From: Rikenellaceae bacterium
GTDB lineage: Bacteria; Bacteroidota; Bacteroidia; Bacteroidales; Rikenellaceae
Length of the DNA: 64,000 nt
NCBI GenBank assembly: GCA_015060015.1
Contig: SUZG01000001.1
Coordinates: 23,605 to 87,604 of the forward strand
Reading direction: 5' to 3'
Shown here: piece after piece, positions 46,871 through 56,754 of the stretch
Position numbering within the stretch: the stretch's first letter is position 1
Layout of the letters: every line of letters begins with the position of its first letter
Position numbers and translations under genes: made by a program
Notes under the pieces: model-generated
The model's database searches: none
What the model saw: only the letters and a program-made list of their open reading frames with translations
What the model was told of the DNA's origin: nothing

Positions 46871-46903
46871 TGCAGATTTAATCAAAGAGTAGCATTAAAG
46901 ATT

Positions 46904-48220
46904 ATGAACAAGATAAAGATAATTATTGCTCGTGAGTTCAACGAGCATGTGAGAAACAAGACCTTCATCATCACCACGATACTGATGCCGGTGCTGATGA
47001 TTTTGATGATGGCGACACCAACGCTTATAATGCTCTTCGCAACGGGCGATGAGAAGGAGTTGCTGGTGATTGACGAGAGTGGTCTGATGGCCGAGAAGCT
47101 GGAGAATACCGACGAACTGCGTTTCACGCCCACCGACCTCTCCTTGTCGGAGGCTCGTGCCAACACCGAGGTCTTCGGCGTGCTGTGGATAGGTCAGAAC
47201 ATTGTCGATGAGCCTACGCAGGCACAGCTCTACACCAACTCTTCGTCATCAATGTCGATGGAGGAGAACATATCGTCACAGATTGAGAAGGTGGTTGAGA
47301 AGGAACGCCTGAGCCGTTACAATATCGACAACCTTGAACAGATAATGAAGGATGTGGAGGCCAATGTGGTGCTGACGACCTATCGCAATGACCAGACCTC
47401 GGAGTCAGGCGAAGCCGAGGAGGCTACATCGTCGGGAGTCGCTTATATGCTGGGTCTGGTGCTGGGTATGATTCTCTATATGTTCCTCATCATCTACGGC
47501 TCGATGGTGCTTGCCTCGGTCATCGAGGAGAAGAGCAGCCGCGTGCTGGATGTGCTGGTGTCAAGTGTCAGCCCCTTCCAGCTCCTGATGGGTAAGATTC
47601 TGGGTGTGGCATCGGTTGCCATTACGCAGGTAGCTATATGGGCTGTGCTGGTGTGCGGTATAGGTGGTGCTGTGCTGCCGGCCCTTATGCCCGACGACAT
47701 TATGCAGACCGTGGAGGCTGTGCAGGCTGGTCAGATGACCACCATTGAGGCCGACATCGACGCCGATATGCTCTCGGCACTCTCGTTTGCCACCAATACG
47801 GGCAAGTTGGTGATGCTGTTCGTCTATCTGGTGTTGTTCATTCTGGGTGGCTTCCTGCTCTACTCGGCTATGTTTGCCGCCGTAGGCTCGGCTGTCGATA
47901 CGCAACAGGATGCTTCACAGTTGCAGACACCCATTATGATACCCATTATATTGGCTATCTTTATGGCTATGGCCGTCTTCAATGACCCCAACTCGTCGCT
48001 GGCCTTCTGGGGCTCGATTATCCCCTTCACATCGCCTGTGGTGATGATGGCACGCATACCTTTCGATATCCCCACATGGCAAATATGGTTCTCGCTGGCG
48101 ATACTCTATGCTTCGGTCGTAGGCGTGACGTGGGTGGCCGGCAAGGTCTATCGCGTGGGTATCTTTATGCACGGCAAGAAGCCTTCGTTCAAGGAGTTGT
48201 GGCAGTGGATTAAGCAGTAG
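46904..48220 (+). CDS. ABC-2 type transporter permease (NatB/YhaP-like)
   Basis: IIAREFNEHVR.K.FII, VIEEKSSRVLDVL, LLMGKILG and IPFTSPVVMMARI. ATG at 46904. Confidence 0.92.
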   Translation: MNKIKIIIAREFNEHVRNKTFIITTILMPVLMILMMATPTLIMLFATGDEKELLVIDESGLMAEKLENTDELRFTPTDLSLSEARANTEVFGVLWIGQNIVDEPTQAQLYTNSSSSMSMEENISSQIEKVVEKERLSRYNIDNLEQIMKDVEANVVLTTYRNDQTSESGEAEEATSSGVAYMLGLVLGMILYMFLIIYGSMVLASVIEEKSSRVLDVLVSSVSPFQLLMGKILGVASVAITQVAIWAVLVCGIGGAVLPALMPDDIMQTVEAVQAGQMTTIEADIDADMLSALSFATNTGKLVMLFVYLVLFILGGFLLYSAMFAAVGSAVDTQQDASQLQTPIMIPIILAIFMAMAVFNDPNSSLAFWGSIIPFTSPVVMMARIPFDIPTWQIWFSLAILYASVVGVTWVAGKVYRVGIFMHGKKPSFKELWQWIKQ

Positions 48221-48226
48221 CGTAAG

Positions 48227-49252
48227 ATGCTTCATTTCGAAAATGACTATATGGAGGGTGCTCACCCTCTGATTCTGGAACGACTCGCCGCAACCAATAT
48301 GCAGCAGTGCGTAGGCTACGGCTGTGACGAGGTGTGCGAGTCGGCACGAAGTAAGATTCTCTCGGCGTGCGGCCTTACCGATGGTGAGGTACACTTTCTG
48401 GTGGGCGGCACGCAGACCAACGCTACGGTCATTCGAGCCTTGCTACGCCCCTACGAGGGTGTCATCGCTGCCGATACGGGCCACATAGCCCTGCATGAGG
48501 CGGGTGCTATCGAGGCCGGAGGACACAAGGTGCTGACCATACCGCACCGCAACGGCAAGCTCTCGGCCGAGGCTGTCGATGCCTATATCGAGGCGTTCCG
48601 CCGTGACGAGGCGTGGGACCATATGGTGTGGCCGGGGATGGTCTATATCTCGCAACCCACCGAGTATGGCACGATATACTCGCTGGCGGAGTTGGAGGCT
48701 CTCTCGGCAGTGTGTCGCAAGTGGGAGATACCCCTCTTTGCCGATGGTGCGAGGTTGGGCTATGGTCTTATGGCGGAGGGCAGTGATGTGACCTTGAAGG
48801 ATTTGGCTCGCCTGTGCGATGTGTTTTACATCGGTGGCACGAAGGTCGGGGCAATGTTCGGCGAGGCGGTGGTTATTCCACGAAAGGGCTTCATCCCGCA
48901 CTTCTTCACCACCATCAAGCAGAGTGGAGCCCTGCTGGCCAAGGGTCGTATGCTGGGCGTGCAGTTTGATGTGCTGTTCACCGACGATTTATATTTCAAG
49001 ATTGCCCGCCACGCCATAGAGCAGGCCACACGACTGCGTGAGGCTCTGGTGGCGAAGGGTTTTCAGACATACTATTCCTCGCCGACAAATCAGATATTCT
49101 TTGTGCTCGATGAGGAGCAGTTGCAGCATCTGCGTCGCGTAACATCGTTCAGCGAGTGGGAGCATCTCGACGACGGGCGTACGGTTGTGCGTCTTGCCAC
49201 CAGCTGGGCCACCCGCCCCGAGGATGTCGAGAGGCTGATAGCGGAGTTGTAA
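48227..49252 (+). CDS. ltaE: Low-specificity L-threonine aldolase (PLP)
   Basis: FENDYMEGAHP, FLVGGTQTN, HEAGAIE, DGARLGY and IGGTK (PLP lysine). Confidence 0.88.
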   Translation: MLHFENDYMEGAHPLILERLAATNMQQCVGYGCDEVCESARSKILSACGLTDGEVHFLVGGTQTNATVIRALLRPYEGVIAADTGHIALHEAGAIEAGGHKVLTIPHRNGKLSAEAVDAYIEAFRRDEAWDHMVWPGMVYISQPTEYGTIYSLAELEALSAVCRKWEIPLFADGARLGYGLMAEGSDVTLKDLARLCDVFYIGGTKVGAMFGEAVVIPRKGFIPHFFTTIKQSGALLAKGRMLGVQFDVLFTDDLYFKIARHAIEQATRLREALVAKGFQTYYSSPTNQIFFVLDEEQLQHLRRVTSFSEWEHLDDGRTVVRLATSWATRPEDVERLIAEL

Positions 49253-49267
49253 ACAAATGAATAGATA

Positions 49268-49300
49268 GAAAAAGAGCAAGGAAAAACCTTGCTCTTTTTT
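49268..49300. terminator. Bidirectional terminator
   Basis: AAAGAGCAAGG-aaaaa-CCTTGCTCTTT. Confidence 0.8.
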
Positions 49301-49333
49301 ATTCGGTATATAGTTTGGTGTTTTAAGCACCGG

Positions 49334-49390
49334 CTTATCTCTTATCTTTGCTCTTTTCTCTTTGCTCTTTTCTCTCTCCTATCCTCTTAT
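49334..49390. repeat. Pyrimidine-rich 7-bp tandem repeat
   Basis: cttatct cttatct ttgctct tttctct ttgctct tttctct... Confidence 0.65.
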
Positions 49391-49960
49391 CCTCACCACC
49401 TGCTCGCGAGGCATCTCGTAGCCCTTGGGTAGTGTTATGCGTAGCAGGTGCTTGGTGCTGACGCCACGACCCTCTTTAAGTGCCGGTTGCCAGCGTGGAG
49501 CCTCCGCCATAGCCTTCTCTATGCGACGCAGCAGACGCTTGTCCGAGGCCTCCAGCACATCGGTCGTTGCCACCGAGCCATCCTCGGCCAGCGTGAACGA
49601 TATAATCACGCGTGCCACGCCATCCATCACACCCCACTTCACCCGCTCGGCGATGTAGGCACTGTAATTGAGCTCCTCGCCATCGACCACGAAGCGTGCC
49701 GGCGTGTCGTAACGCAGCGTAATCAGCACCACGCCATTTGACGCCTCGACGCCATACTCGGCAATGGTCTGCTCGTCGATTGTGAGCAGCTGGTTATCAA
49801 CGATATCCTCGGGAGCAATCTTACGCACCTGCTCCTCCGACATTCTCTCGCCATTTACGATGTAAAGGGGCGTACGGCTGCGACTTTGTGCCGTAGCGGA
49901 CAGAGTAACCACGCCGAGACACATCGCAAGAATTATGCGGCTTAAAATCGAAATTTTCAT
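49379..49960 (-). CDS. Secreted protein: TBDR plug-like segment fused to TonB C-terminal domain
   Basis: Signal peptide (ATA-Q); PLYIVNG...IAPEDI...YGVEASNGVVLIT; then RVIISFTLAEDGSV...APRWQPA..EGRGV. Confidence 0.75.
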   Translation of the reverse strand: MKISILSRIILAMCLGVVTLSATAQSRSRTPLYIVNGERMSEEQVRKIAPEDIVDNQLLTIDEQTIAEYGVEASNGVVLITLRYDTPARFVVDGEELNYSAYIAERVKWGVMDGVARVIISFTLAEDGSVATTDVLEASDKRLLRRIEKAMAEAPRWQPALKEGRGVSTKHLLRITLPKGYEMPREQVVRIRG

Positions 49961-50046
49961 AGTGCAAATATAATGCTTCCCCCATAAAACGCAAAGAACA
50001 CCATTGTTTATTATCCTCGCAGACGATTTATTATCCTCGCAGAAAC

Positions 50047-50078
50047 AAAAAACCGGCCACCCCGAAGGATGGCCGGTT
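50047..50078 (-). terminator. Terminator of the left susC/susD operon
   Basis: AACCGGCCA...TGGCCGGTT stem with an A-tract on the + side. Confidence 0.75.
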
Positions 50079-50106
50079 GAAAGATTATCAAATCAAATTC
50101 TAACCA

Positions 50107-51597
50107 CTACAATGGATTCTGATCTGCGTCAGTGATGTATGGATTAGAGTTGATCTCAGAAGAAAGAGGAATCTGGAAAGTAAACAACTTACCAGCAGCC
50201 TGAACAACCTTATCAATATGGTTGCCAGAATCTGTACGGTCAATACCTACGTTGAAACGCTTGTTGGTATACCACTCGTGACCCTCACCCCACAACTCGA
50301 TACGGCTCTGCAAGTGAATCTCCTTCAAGAGCTCATCGCCTGTCTTCGATGACTTAGTGTAACCACTATCACGCTTTGACACCAAGTCGAACAAAGTCTG
50401 CTGTGCAGCAGCTGCCTGATTGTTGCGAGCCTCAGCCTCGGCCTTCAAGAGGTAAGCCTCTGAAAGACGGAAGAAAATCTCGTCAGTCTCCCATGTAGGA
50501 TGATCAAACTTTGTAGAAACGTAAGCGGGACGTTCGTACGACTTACCATCGTTAACATTAACAACCGGACCTGACTCCTTTACGAAATTCTTCTTACGAT
50601 AGTCGGTATCGGGAATCTGGTTGTAAAGACGGTCATCGATACAAATATAGATGCCTTGGTTAGAACCGTTATTGTCGAGAATAGATGGAGATGTCCAAGC
50701 AGAGAAAGCTTTGTTACCATTTGATGTAGAGATTGCCCAATCATAACCAAAAATAGTCTCCGGATATGATACATCGAGGAATCCTCCTGTATACTGCTCC
50801 TCATTCATCAATGAGTAACCAGATGCGATAACAGCTTCAGCAGCAGTAACGGCATCATCATACTCTCCGATAGTTACGCATACGCGAGCCAAAATCATAT
50901 TGGCAACATCCTGATCAATATCAGCGATTGTCTCCTGTGGATTGTAAGCATTCTCCTCGAACAATGTGACAGCTGACTCCAAGTCGCCCTTAATCTGAGC
51001 ATAAACCTCGGTTGAAGGAGTACGACCCATAGCACCACCTACAGTCAGATGGAGAGGTACACCGGCCTTATCCTTACCACCATGCATATAGTCATCCTGA
51101 TAGAGGTACATCAAGTTGTAGTAAGCCAAAGCACGATAGGTCAATGCCTGTGCCTTATAGATGGCTGCCGCACCTGTTACATCAGCAGGAATAAGATCCA
51201 AAATCTGGTTTGCCTTGTAAACCATCTTGTAGTAGAGGCTCCAACGACCAGAAGTGAAAGAGTCGGTCTGACGACGAAGATTAATCAACGCATACTGATC
51301 TGCATACCAGTTGGTATTGTTACTTAAAACCATATCATTACCCTGCATATCCATTTCCAAGCCCCAGCATGCATAACCGATATCCTCGGTACCGCTGTCA
51401 GGAGCTGCCGAATGGAGGAAACTGATAGCAGACTGCATCATAGGAGCCAAAACCTTGTCGGCATCCTTCTTAATAAGCTCTTGGAGCTGCTCATCAGATA
51501 TTGAGCTACCTGCGGGATCAACATCGAGAGCATTAGCACATGATCCAAAGAGCATCGTTACGGCAATAGCCGCCAAATATAATATATTCTTTTTCAT
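50107..51597 (-). CDS. RagB/SusD family lipoprotein (left pair)
   Basis: Lipobox LFGS-C, ALTYRALAYYNL, FRLSEAYLLKAEA and RIELWGEGHEW. Confidence 0.93.
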   Translation of the reverse strand: MKKNILYLAAIAVTMLFGSCANALDVDPAGSSISDEQLQELIKKDADKVLAPMMQSAISFLHSAAPDSGTEDIGYACWGLEMDMQGNDMVLSNNTNWYADQYALINLRRQTDSFTSGRWSLYYKMVYKANQILDLIPADVTGAAAIYKAQALTYRALAYYNLMYLYQDDYMHGGKDKAGVPLHLTVGGAMGRTPSTEVYAQIKGDLESAVTLFEENAYNPQETIADIDQDVANMILARVCVTIGEYDDAVTAAEAVIASGYSLMNEEQYTGGFLDVSYPETIFGYDWAISTSNGNKAFSAWTSPSILDNNGSNQGIYICIDDRLYNQIPDTDYRKKNFVKESGPVVNVNDGKSYERPAYVSTKFDHPTWETDEIFFRLSEAYLLKAEAEARNNQAAAAQQTLFDLVSKRDSGYTKSSKTGDELLKEIHLQSRIELWGEGHEWYTNKRFNVGIDRTDSGNHIDKVVQAAGKLFTFQIPLSSEINSNPYITDADQNPL

Positions 51598-51618
51598 ATT
51601 TTATACCCTCCTTTAATT

Positions 51619-54600
51619 TTACAAGTTAAGTGTCAAACCAAATGTAAATGTGCGTGCCTGCGGGAAGTTTACGAATGCTGTGCCTGTGTAACCTGCACGA
51701 GGATCGAAACCGTCGTGAGCAGTGATGAAGCACAAGTTATCAGCATTGAAGAATACTCGCAATGACTGCAAACCGATCTTTGAAGTCCACTTCTTGGGCA
51801 ATGTATAACCAACATTTACGTTCTTCAGATTGAAGTAAGAAGCCTTACGATACAATGCATCGCATCTTGAAGAACCAAAGTCCCAAACACCATTGTAGAT
51901 AACACGTGGGTACTCTGCATTAGGATTCTCGGGAGTCCAAGTATTACCTGCCAAGTCGTCAGATACGGCAAAACCGGGACGCCAAACCTCGTACAAGTTA
52001 GCAGAAGCAGCATCCCACTGAAGACCACCCAACTGATAAGCAGCTGCTACGGTCAAATCGAAGCCCTTCCACTGGAAAGTAGTGCGGATACCACCTACGA
52101 TATCGGGCATTGCATCACCAATCTCATACTGTGAAGCCTCAGCGTAGTTCTCGGTAAGCTCGTCGCCGATAACATTACCGTTCTCGTCCTTAATCTGCTT
52201 CCAGAACTGCTCGTTACCATTCTCAGGATTAACGCCTGCATACTTGAACAAATAGAGGTTGTAGTATGACTTACCCTCGCCACGAAGGAATGCACCTGAT
52301 ACATAGTTACCACCGAGTGCGGGGTTACCCAACTCTGCGGGGAAGTCGATCAACTTGTTCTGCGACATAGCACCGTTAATGCTGATGTTCCAGTATACAT
52401 TCTTTGTCTTGATAAGATCAACTGTTACATCAAACTCGAAACCAGAGTTCTCCAATACACCTACATTCTCCAAGCGTGAAGACAAACCTGTTGAAGATGG
52501 AGTAGGACGGCTCCAGATAAGATCATGAGTACGACGGTTATAGTAATCCAAAGTACCATAAACGCGATCCCACAAACGGAAGTCAACACCTACATCGACC
52601 TGCTTGTTCTTCTCCCAGCTAAGATTACGGTTACCGATTGTTGACTGTGAGATAGTAGGCTGGCCATTCAACTCACCGATACCCCAAAGGTTTGTATAGG
52701 GATAAGCAGAGCTCAAACGGTTACCAGAAACACCATAGGTAGCACGCAAACGAAGGTCATTTACCCAAGTAGCGTTCTCCATCCACTTCTCATTGTTAAT
52801 CTTCCAAGAAGCACCCACTGACCAGAAGTGACCCCACTTGTCATACTTAAACATTGAGGTACCATCGTAACGATAAGAAGCTGATACGGTATAACGATCA
52901 TCGTAGGTATAGTTTGCACGAGCAAAGTAACCCTCGATAGCAGTCTTAACAGTTGAAGAGGTAGAACCATCCTCCAATGGAGTGATAGCGTTACCCAACT
53001 CAGGAATACCCGGGTAGAATACGTTCTTCTTGTAAGCATCAACTGTTACATCCTCGTCCTTGCTGAACTCGTGACCAATCATTGCATCAACAACATGTAC
53101 CTTGTTGATCTTCTTGTGGTAAGACAACATCTGCTGAGTATTCAACGACATATAGTTGTTCATAACCTTCTCAACGATACCGTTCCAAGATGGGTCAGCA
53201 GCTGTACCATACTCATTGTTAGAGTAATAAGTAGCAGCAGCATATACATTGTCCAATGTAATGTTTGCAGTGAACTTGAAATCCTTCAAGAAAGTGATAT
53301 CAACATAAGCGTTTGCAAAGAGGTTATCACGAATCTGATTGTTAATGTCGTGAGTGAATGACTGATAAGGGTGAGCAGAGTTCATAGAGTTGAAGATATC
53401 CAGACCTGGTCCATAAACAGAGGTTGTTGTACCCATACCATTCTCATAAACCTTATTACCATTCTCATCCAAGATGATGTTACCTTGCGGGTCGCGTGCA
53501 TAGTAAGGCACCAAAGGTGACTGCCAAGCAGTCCAAAGGAATGCGTTACCAGTGTTAGCAGCACCACCGAAACCAGGGTTATCGGTATCACGACGTGTGT
53601 AGGCGATGTTAGTACCCAGCTTCATCCACTTTGTAACCTGTGCATTTACGGCAGCACGAGCTGAGAAACGCTTGAACGCAGACATGATAATGTAAGAAGG
53701 ATCCTCCAAGAAACCTCCTGATACATAGTAATCAACACGGTCGTTACCACCACTTACACTCAAAGTGTACTCCTGACGGAACTGCTGAGTAAAGAGATAA
53801 TCGTCGTAGTTATCATAGTAGAGCAACTTTGCGTCCTTGTGGATCTTACCTGTTGTAGGATCAATAGGAGTAGACATACCCTCAGGAATAGAATAAGGCA
53901 TATATCTTCTGAGCATTGTTGACAGGTTGCCTTGTGCCAAGCCGTGAGCACGAGCAGCGTCGCCACCATAGCCATCAAGACCATAGTTATACAAGCCCAA
54001 GTAGAAGTGCTCGATATACTGAGCAGGGTCCATTGTATGGTGCTCCTCTACACCAATCTCGTTCCAACCCCACTTACCCTCGAAGGTAATGTTGGCTTTC
54101 TGATTGCGAGCACCCTTCTTTGTAGTTACGAATACGACACCATTCGCTGCACGAGCACCATACAATGCGTTTGCAGCAGCATCCTTTGATACTACAACTG
54201 ACTCGATGTCAAGAGGGTTGATAGTTGTAAGTGATGATGAATAAGGTACACCATCAACAACAATCAACGCACCTGTGTTACCATTGATAGAACCGACACC
54301 ACGAATAAGAATAGAAGCATCGGTACCTGGCTGACCTGTTGTGCTGTAAGACTGAATACCCGGAACAGCACCCTCCAAGGCCTTAGTAACGGTTGATACA
54401 GTCATCTTCTGAAGGTCCTTGGCGGTAACGGCTGCAACCGAACCGGTCATATCCTTCTTCTTAACCTCACCGAAGGTCTGAACGACAACCTCATCAATGG
54501 CTTGAAGGTTCTCCTTCAACACAACGTTAAAAGAGGTTTTGCCGGCAACCTCAATACGCTGGGCCTCATAACCGATGAACGATACTAACAAAGTACCATT

Positions 54601-54804
54601 AGCGGGGGCCTGCAATACGAAATCACCATCCACATTAGTTGTAACACCGATATTAGTGCCTTCAACGAATACGGTAGCACCTACGACAGGAGCACCAGCT
54701 GAATCGACAACCGTACCGGTCACTTTCTGATTCTGAGCCATTGCCATAGCAACCACGCCCAGAACAGCTACGATAGAAAGTACAATTTTCCTAACCATAA
54801 GCAT
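51619..54804 (-). CDS. SusC/RagA family TonB-dependent transporter (left pair)
   Basis: CarboxypepD_reg-like N-terminus, GQPGTDASILIRG, INPLDIESVVVSKDA..ALYGARAANGV, LSWEKNKQ and PQARTFTFGLTLNL. Confidence 0.95.
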   Translation of the reverse strand: MLMVRKIVLSIVAVLGVVAMAMAQNQKVTGTVVDSAGAPVVGATVFVEGTNIGVTTNVDGDFVLQAPANGTLLVSFIGYEAQRIEVAGKTSFNVVLKENLQAIDEVVVQTFGEVKKKDMTGSVAAVTAKDLQKMTVSTVTKALEGAVPGIQSYSTTGQPGTDASILIRGVGSINGNTGALIVVDGVPYSSSLTTINPLDIESVVVSKDAAANALYGARAANGVVFVTTKKGARNQKANITFEGKWGWNEIGVEEHHTMDPAQYIEHFYLGLYNYGLDGYGGDAARAHGLAQGNLSTMLRRYMPYSIPEGMSTPIDPTTGKIHKDAKLLYYDNYDDYLFTQQFRQEYTLSVSGGNDRVDYYVSGGFLEDPSYIIMSAFKRFSARAAVNAQVTKWMKLGTNIAYTRRDTDNPGFGGAANTGNAFLWTAWQSPLVPYYARDPQGNIILDENGNKVYENGMGTTTSVYGPGLDIFNSMNSAHPYQSFTHDINNQIRDNLFANAYVDITFLKDFKFTANITLDNVYAAATYYSNNEYGTAADPSWNGIVEKVMNNYMSLNTQQMLSYHKKINKVHVVDAMIGHEFSKDEDVTVDAYKKNVFYPGIPELGNAITPLEDGSTSSTVKTAIEGYFARANYTYDDRYTVSASYRYDGTSMFKYDKWGHFWSVGASWKINNEKWMENATWVNDLRLRATYGVSGNRLSSAYPYTNLWGIGELNGQPTISQSTIGNRNLSWEKNKQVDVGVDFRLWDRVYGTLDYYNRRTHDLIWSRPTPSSTGLSSRLENVGVLENSGFEFDVTVDLIKTKNVYWNISINGAMSQNKLIDFPAELGNPALGGNYVSGAFLRGEGKSYYNLYLFKYAGVNPENGNEQFWKQIKDENGNVIGDELTENYAEASQYEIGDAMPDIVGGIRTTFQWKGFDLTVAAAYQLGGLQWDAASANLYEVWRPGFAVSDDLAGNTWTPENPNAEYPRVIYNGVWDFGSSRCDALYRKASYFNLKNVNVGYTLPKKWTSKIGLQSLRVFFNADNLCFITAHDGFDPRAGYTGTAFVNFPQARTFTFGLTLNL

Positions 54805-54855
54805 TAATTTTTGTAAGTTTGTAAACTTTGTGTATTTACCTTTTTAATAAAAAAA
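54759..54855 (-). repeat. Left arm of 97-bp perfect inverted repeat (5' UTR + first 15 codons of left susC)
   Basis: Reverse complement matches 56763-56859 base for base. Confidence 0.95.
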
Positions 54856-55040
54856 CACAACACTGACCCTATGCTGCTACAAGCCTTCCGAAAAGATAAA
54901 AATTAGTGGCGTAGAGGCGGTTTCTATTACTAAATGCACCAGCGATTATTAATGGTAAATATCACAAAAACAACCGGTTATAATCGCAAATAGCTTATTG
55001 TACGTCAACGTGCGATTACTAACTACAAATCATTACTACT

Positions 55041-56291
55041 ATGAAAAATTGTTTTAGAATTACGTTTTATCTCAAACAAAATTCCCCTTTGTCTGACGGA
55101 ACGTGTCCCATCATGTGTCGTATATCTATTGCGGGAGAGAAATGCGTTTTAGCAACCCACTTATCGCTGAAAAAGAAGCTTAAATGGGTAGTATCGAAAC
55201 AACAGGTGGCAGGCAGAAGCGATGAGGCCTGCCGAATAAACAAGTTACTGGATAAAGTACGCTACGGGCTCTATGAGGCATATATAGATGTATTGAAAGG
55301 TTCGGAAAATCCTTCGCCGCAAGCTGTTCGCAGTCGTTTCTTGGGCGAGACGAGAGAACAAATGGGGTTAGTGGCATTTTTTCGGCATCACAACAATGAA
55401 TTTAAGCGTATGGTTGGCATATCTCGCAGCGAGAATACTTTGCATAAATATCAATATGTATGCAATCACTTGGCGGCGTTTATAGAAAAGCAAAAAGCGA
55501 CTCCCGACATACCTATATATAATATAGGATACGATTTTATCTGCGATTTTCATCGCTATCTGCTCAAGGAGGTAGGTTGCAGCACCAATACAGTGTGGAT
55601 TTATATGACGGCTTTGAAGCGTATTCTTCACATAGCGATAGGTCAGGGTCTGCTTTCAACAAACCCATTTTCGGGCTACCACCTACCCTTTCGGCAGCAG
55701 CACAGAAACTTCTTGATGCGTGAGGAGTTGCAACGGCTAACCAAACTGCATCCCGACACCCCCATACAACGTATTGTGTTGGATGCCTTCCTCTTCGGAT
55801 GCTTTACAGGGCTATCCTATTCCGATATAAAACGCTTCACGATGGATAATGTGATTTTTAGTAACGGGCAGATGTCCATCACCATTCATCGAACAAAGAC
55901 TTTGACTCCAGTCGAGATGCCATTGCTCAGCCTCCCCTCATCGATAGTGCAAAATTACGGATGCTCATCCTCTGTGCCACTATTCAAACTCCCCTCAAAC
56001 TACTATTGCAATAGGGTGTTGAGGCAACTATTGCCAATGGTGGGCATAACACGTCGCATAACATTCCACTCGGCTCGCCACACCTTTGCAACTACGATTG
56101 CACTCTCCAACGGCATCCCCTTGGAGGTGGTGAGTGCTATGTTGGGACATAGATCCATAAAAACAACCCAGATTTATGCCCGTGTACAACAATCAACCAT
56201 CCACCAGGTCCTGCAACGGGTGTCAGGCGAGATAAATACCTACTACTGCGAGGGTTTGCAGCCACCACAACGACGCGAGATACGGATATAA
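55041..56291 (+). CDS. Bacteroidota site-specific tyrosine recombinase (Arm-DNA-binding + SAM-like + catalytic domains); putative DNA invertase
   Basis: ITFYLK...CPIMCRISI arm domain, SENTLHKY SAM domain, FGCFTGLSYSD, RTKT, FHSARHTFATT and MLGHRSIKTTQIYA. Confidence 0.92.
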   Translation: MKNCFRITFYLKQNSPLSDGTCPIMCRISIAGEKCVLATHLSLKKKLKWVVSKQQVAGRSDEACRINKLLDKVRYGLYEAYIDVLKGSENPSPQAVRSRFLGETREQMGLVAFFRHHNNEFKRMVGISRSENTLHKYQYVCNHLAAFIEKQKATPDIPIYNIGYDFICDFHRYLLKEVGCSTNTVWIYMTALKRILHIAIGQGLLSTNPFSGYHLPFRQQHRNFLMREELQRLTKLHPDTPIQRIVLDAFLFGCFTGLSYSDIKRFTMDNVIFSNGQMSITIHRTKTLTPVEMPLLSLPSSIVQNYGCSSSVPLFKLPSNYYCNRVLRQLLPMVGITRRITFHSARHTFATTIALSNGIPLEVVSAMLGHRSIKTTQIYARVQQSTIHQVLQRVSGEINTYYCEGLQPPQRREIRI

Positions 56292-56722
56292 CATAGCCAA
56301 AACGAGGGTTTTCTCACTAACAAAACTAAAAAACAGGGTGCCAACTCTCGCAAAACATAACATTGGTTTGCATATATATTCTCCAAAATGGAATTTTTAT
56401 CGCCTTTGGAAGATAAAGAGAATCTTGCGTGCCACAACACCTTCAAAAAATAAATAAAAAAGGGATAAAGAAGCCTATCACACGAGTAGAAAAGTATAGA
56501 ATTTGTCATTTTTTGGCTATAAATTGATATTTTTACTGCCCAAATTGGCACAATTTATAACTTAAATGACTTATTGCTGTGAGATTTTTTAAGGGCTGAC
56601 AAGAAAATGCTTACACTTTTTACGTTTTTCAACATTTCTGATTAAAAACAATACGACAAAGTGCCTATTATATCAAAAAGTGTTATTTATTACAAATTAT
56701 TATTAATTTAATGTTAATTTTT

Positions 56723-56754
56723 TTTGCTTGTTATAAATATAAAGGTTATCTTTG
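56723..56754 (+). promoter_or_regulatory. Consensus Bacteroidota promoter (-33 TTTG 56723-56726, 20-bp spacer, -7 TATCTTTG 56747-56754) driving the right susC/susD
   Basis: Both boxes at canonical spacing, immediately inside the right inverted repeat. Confidence 0.8.
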
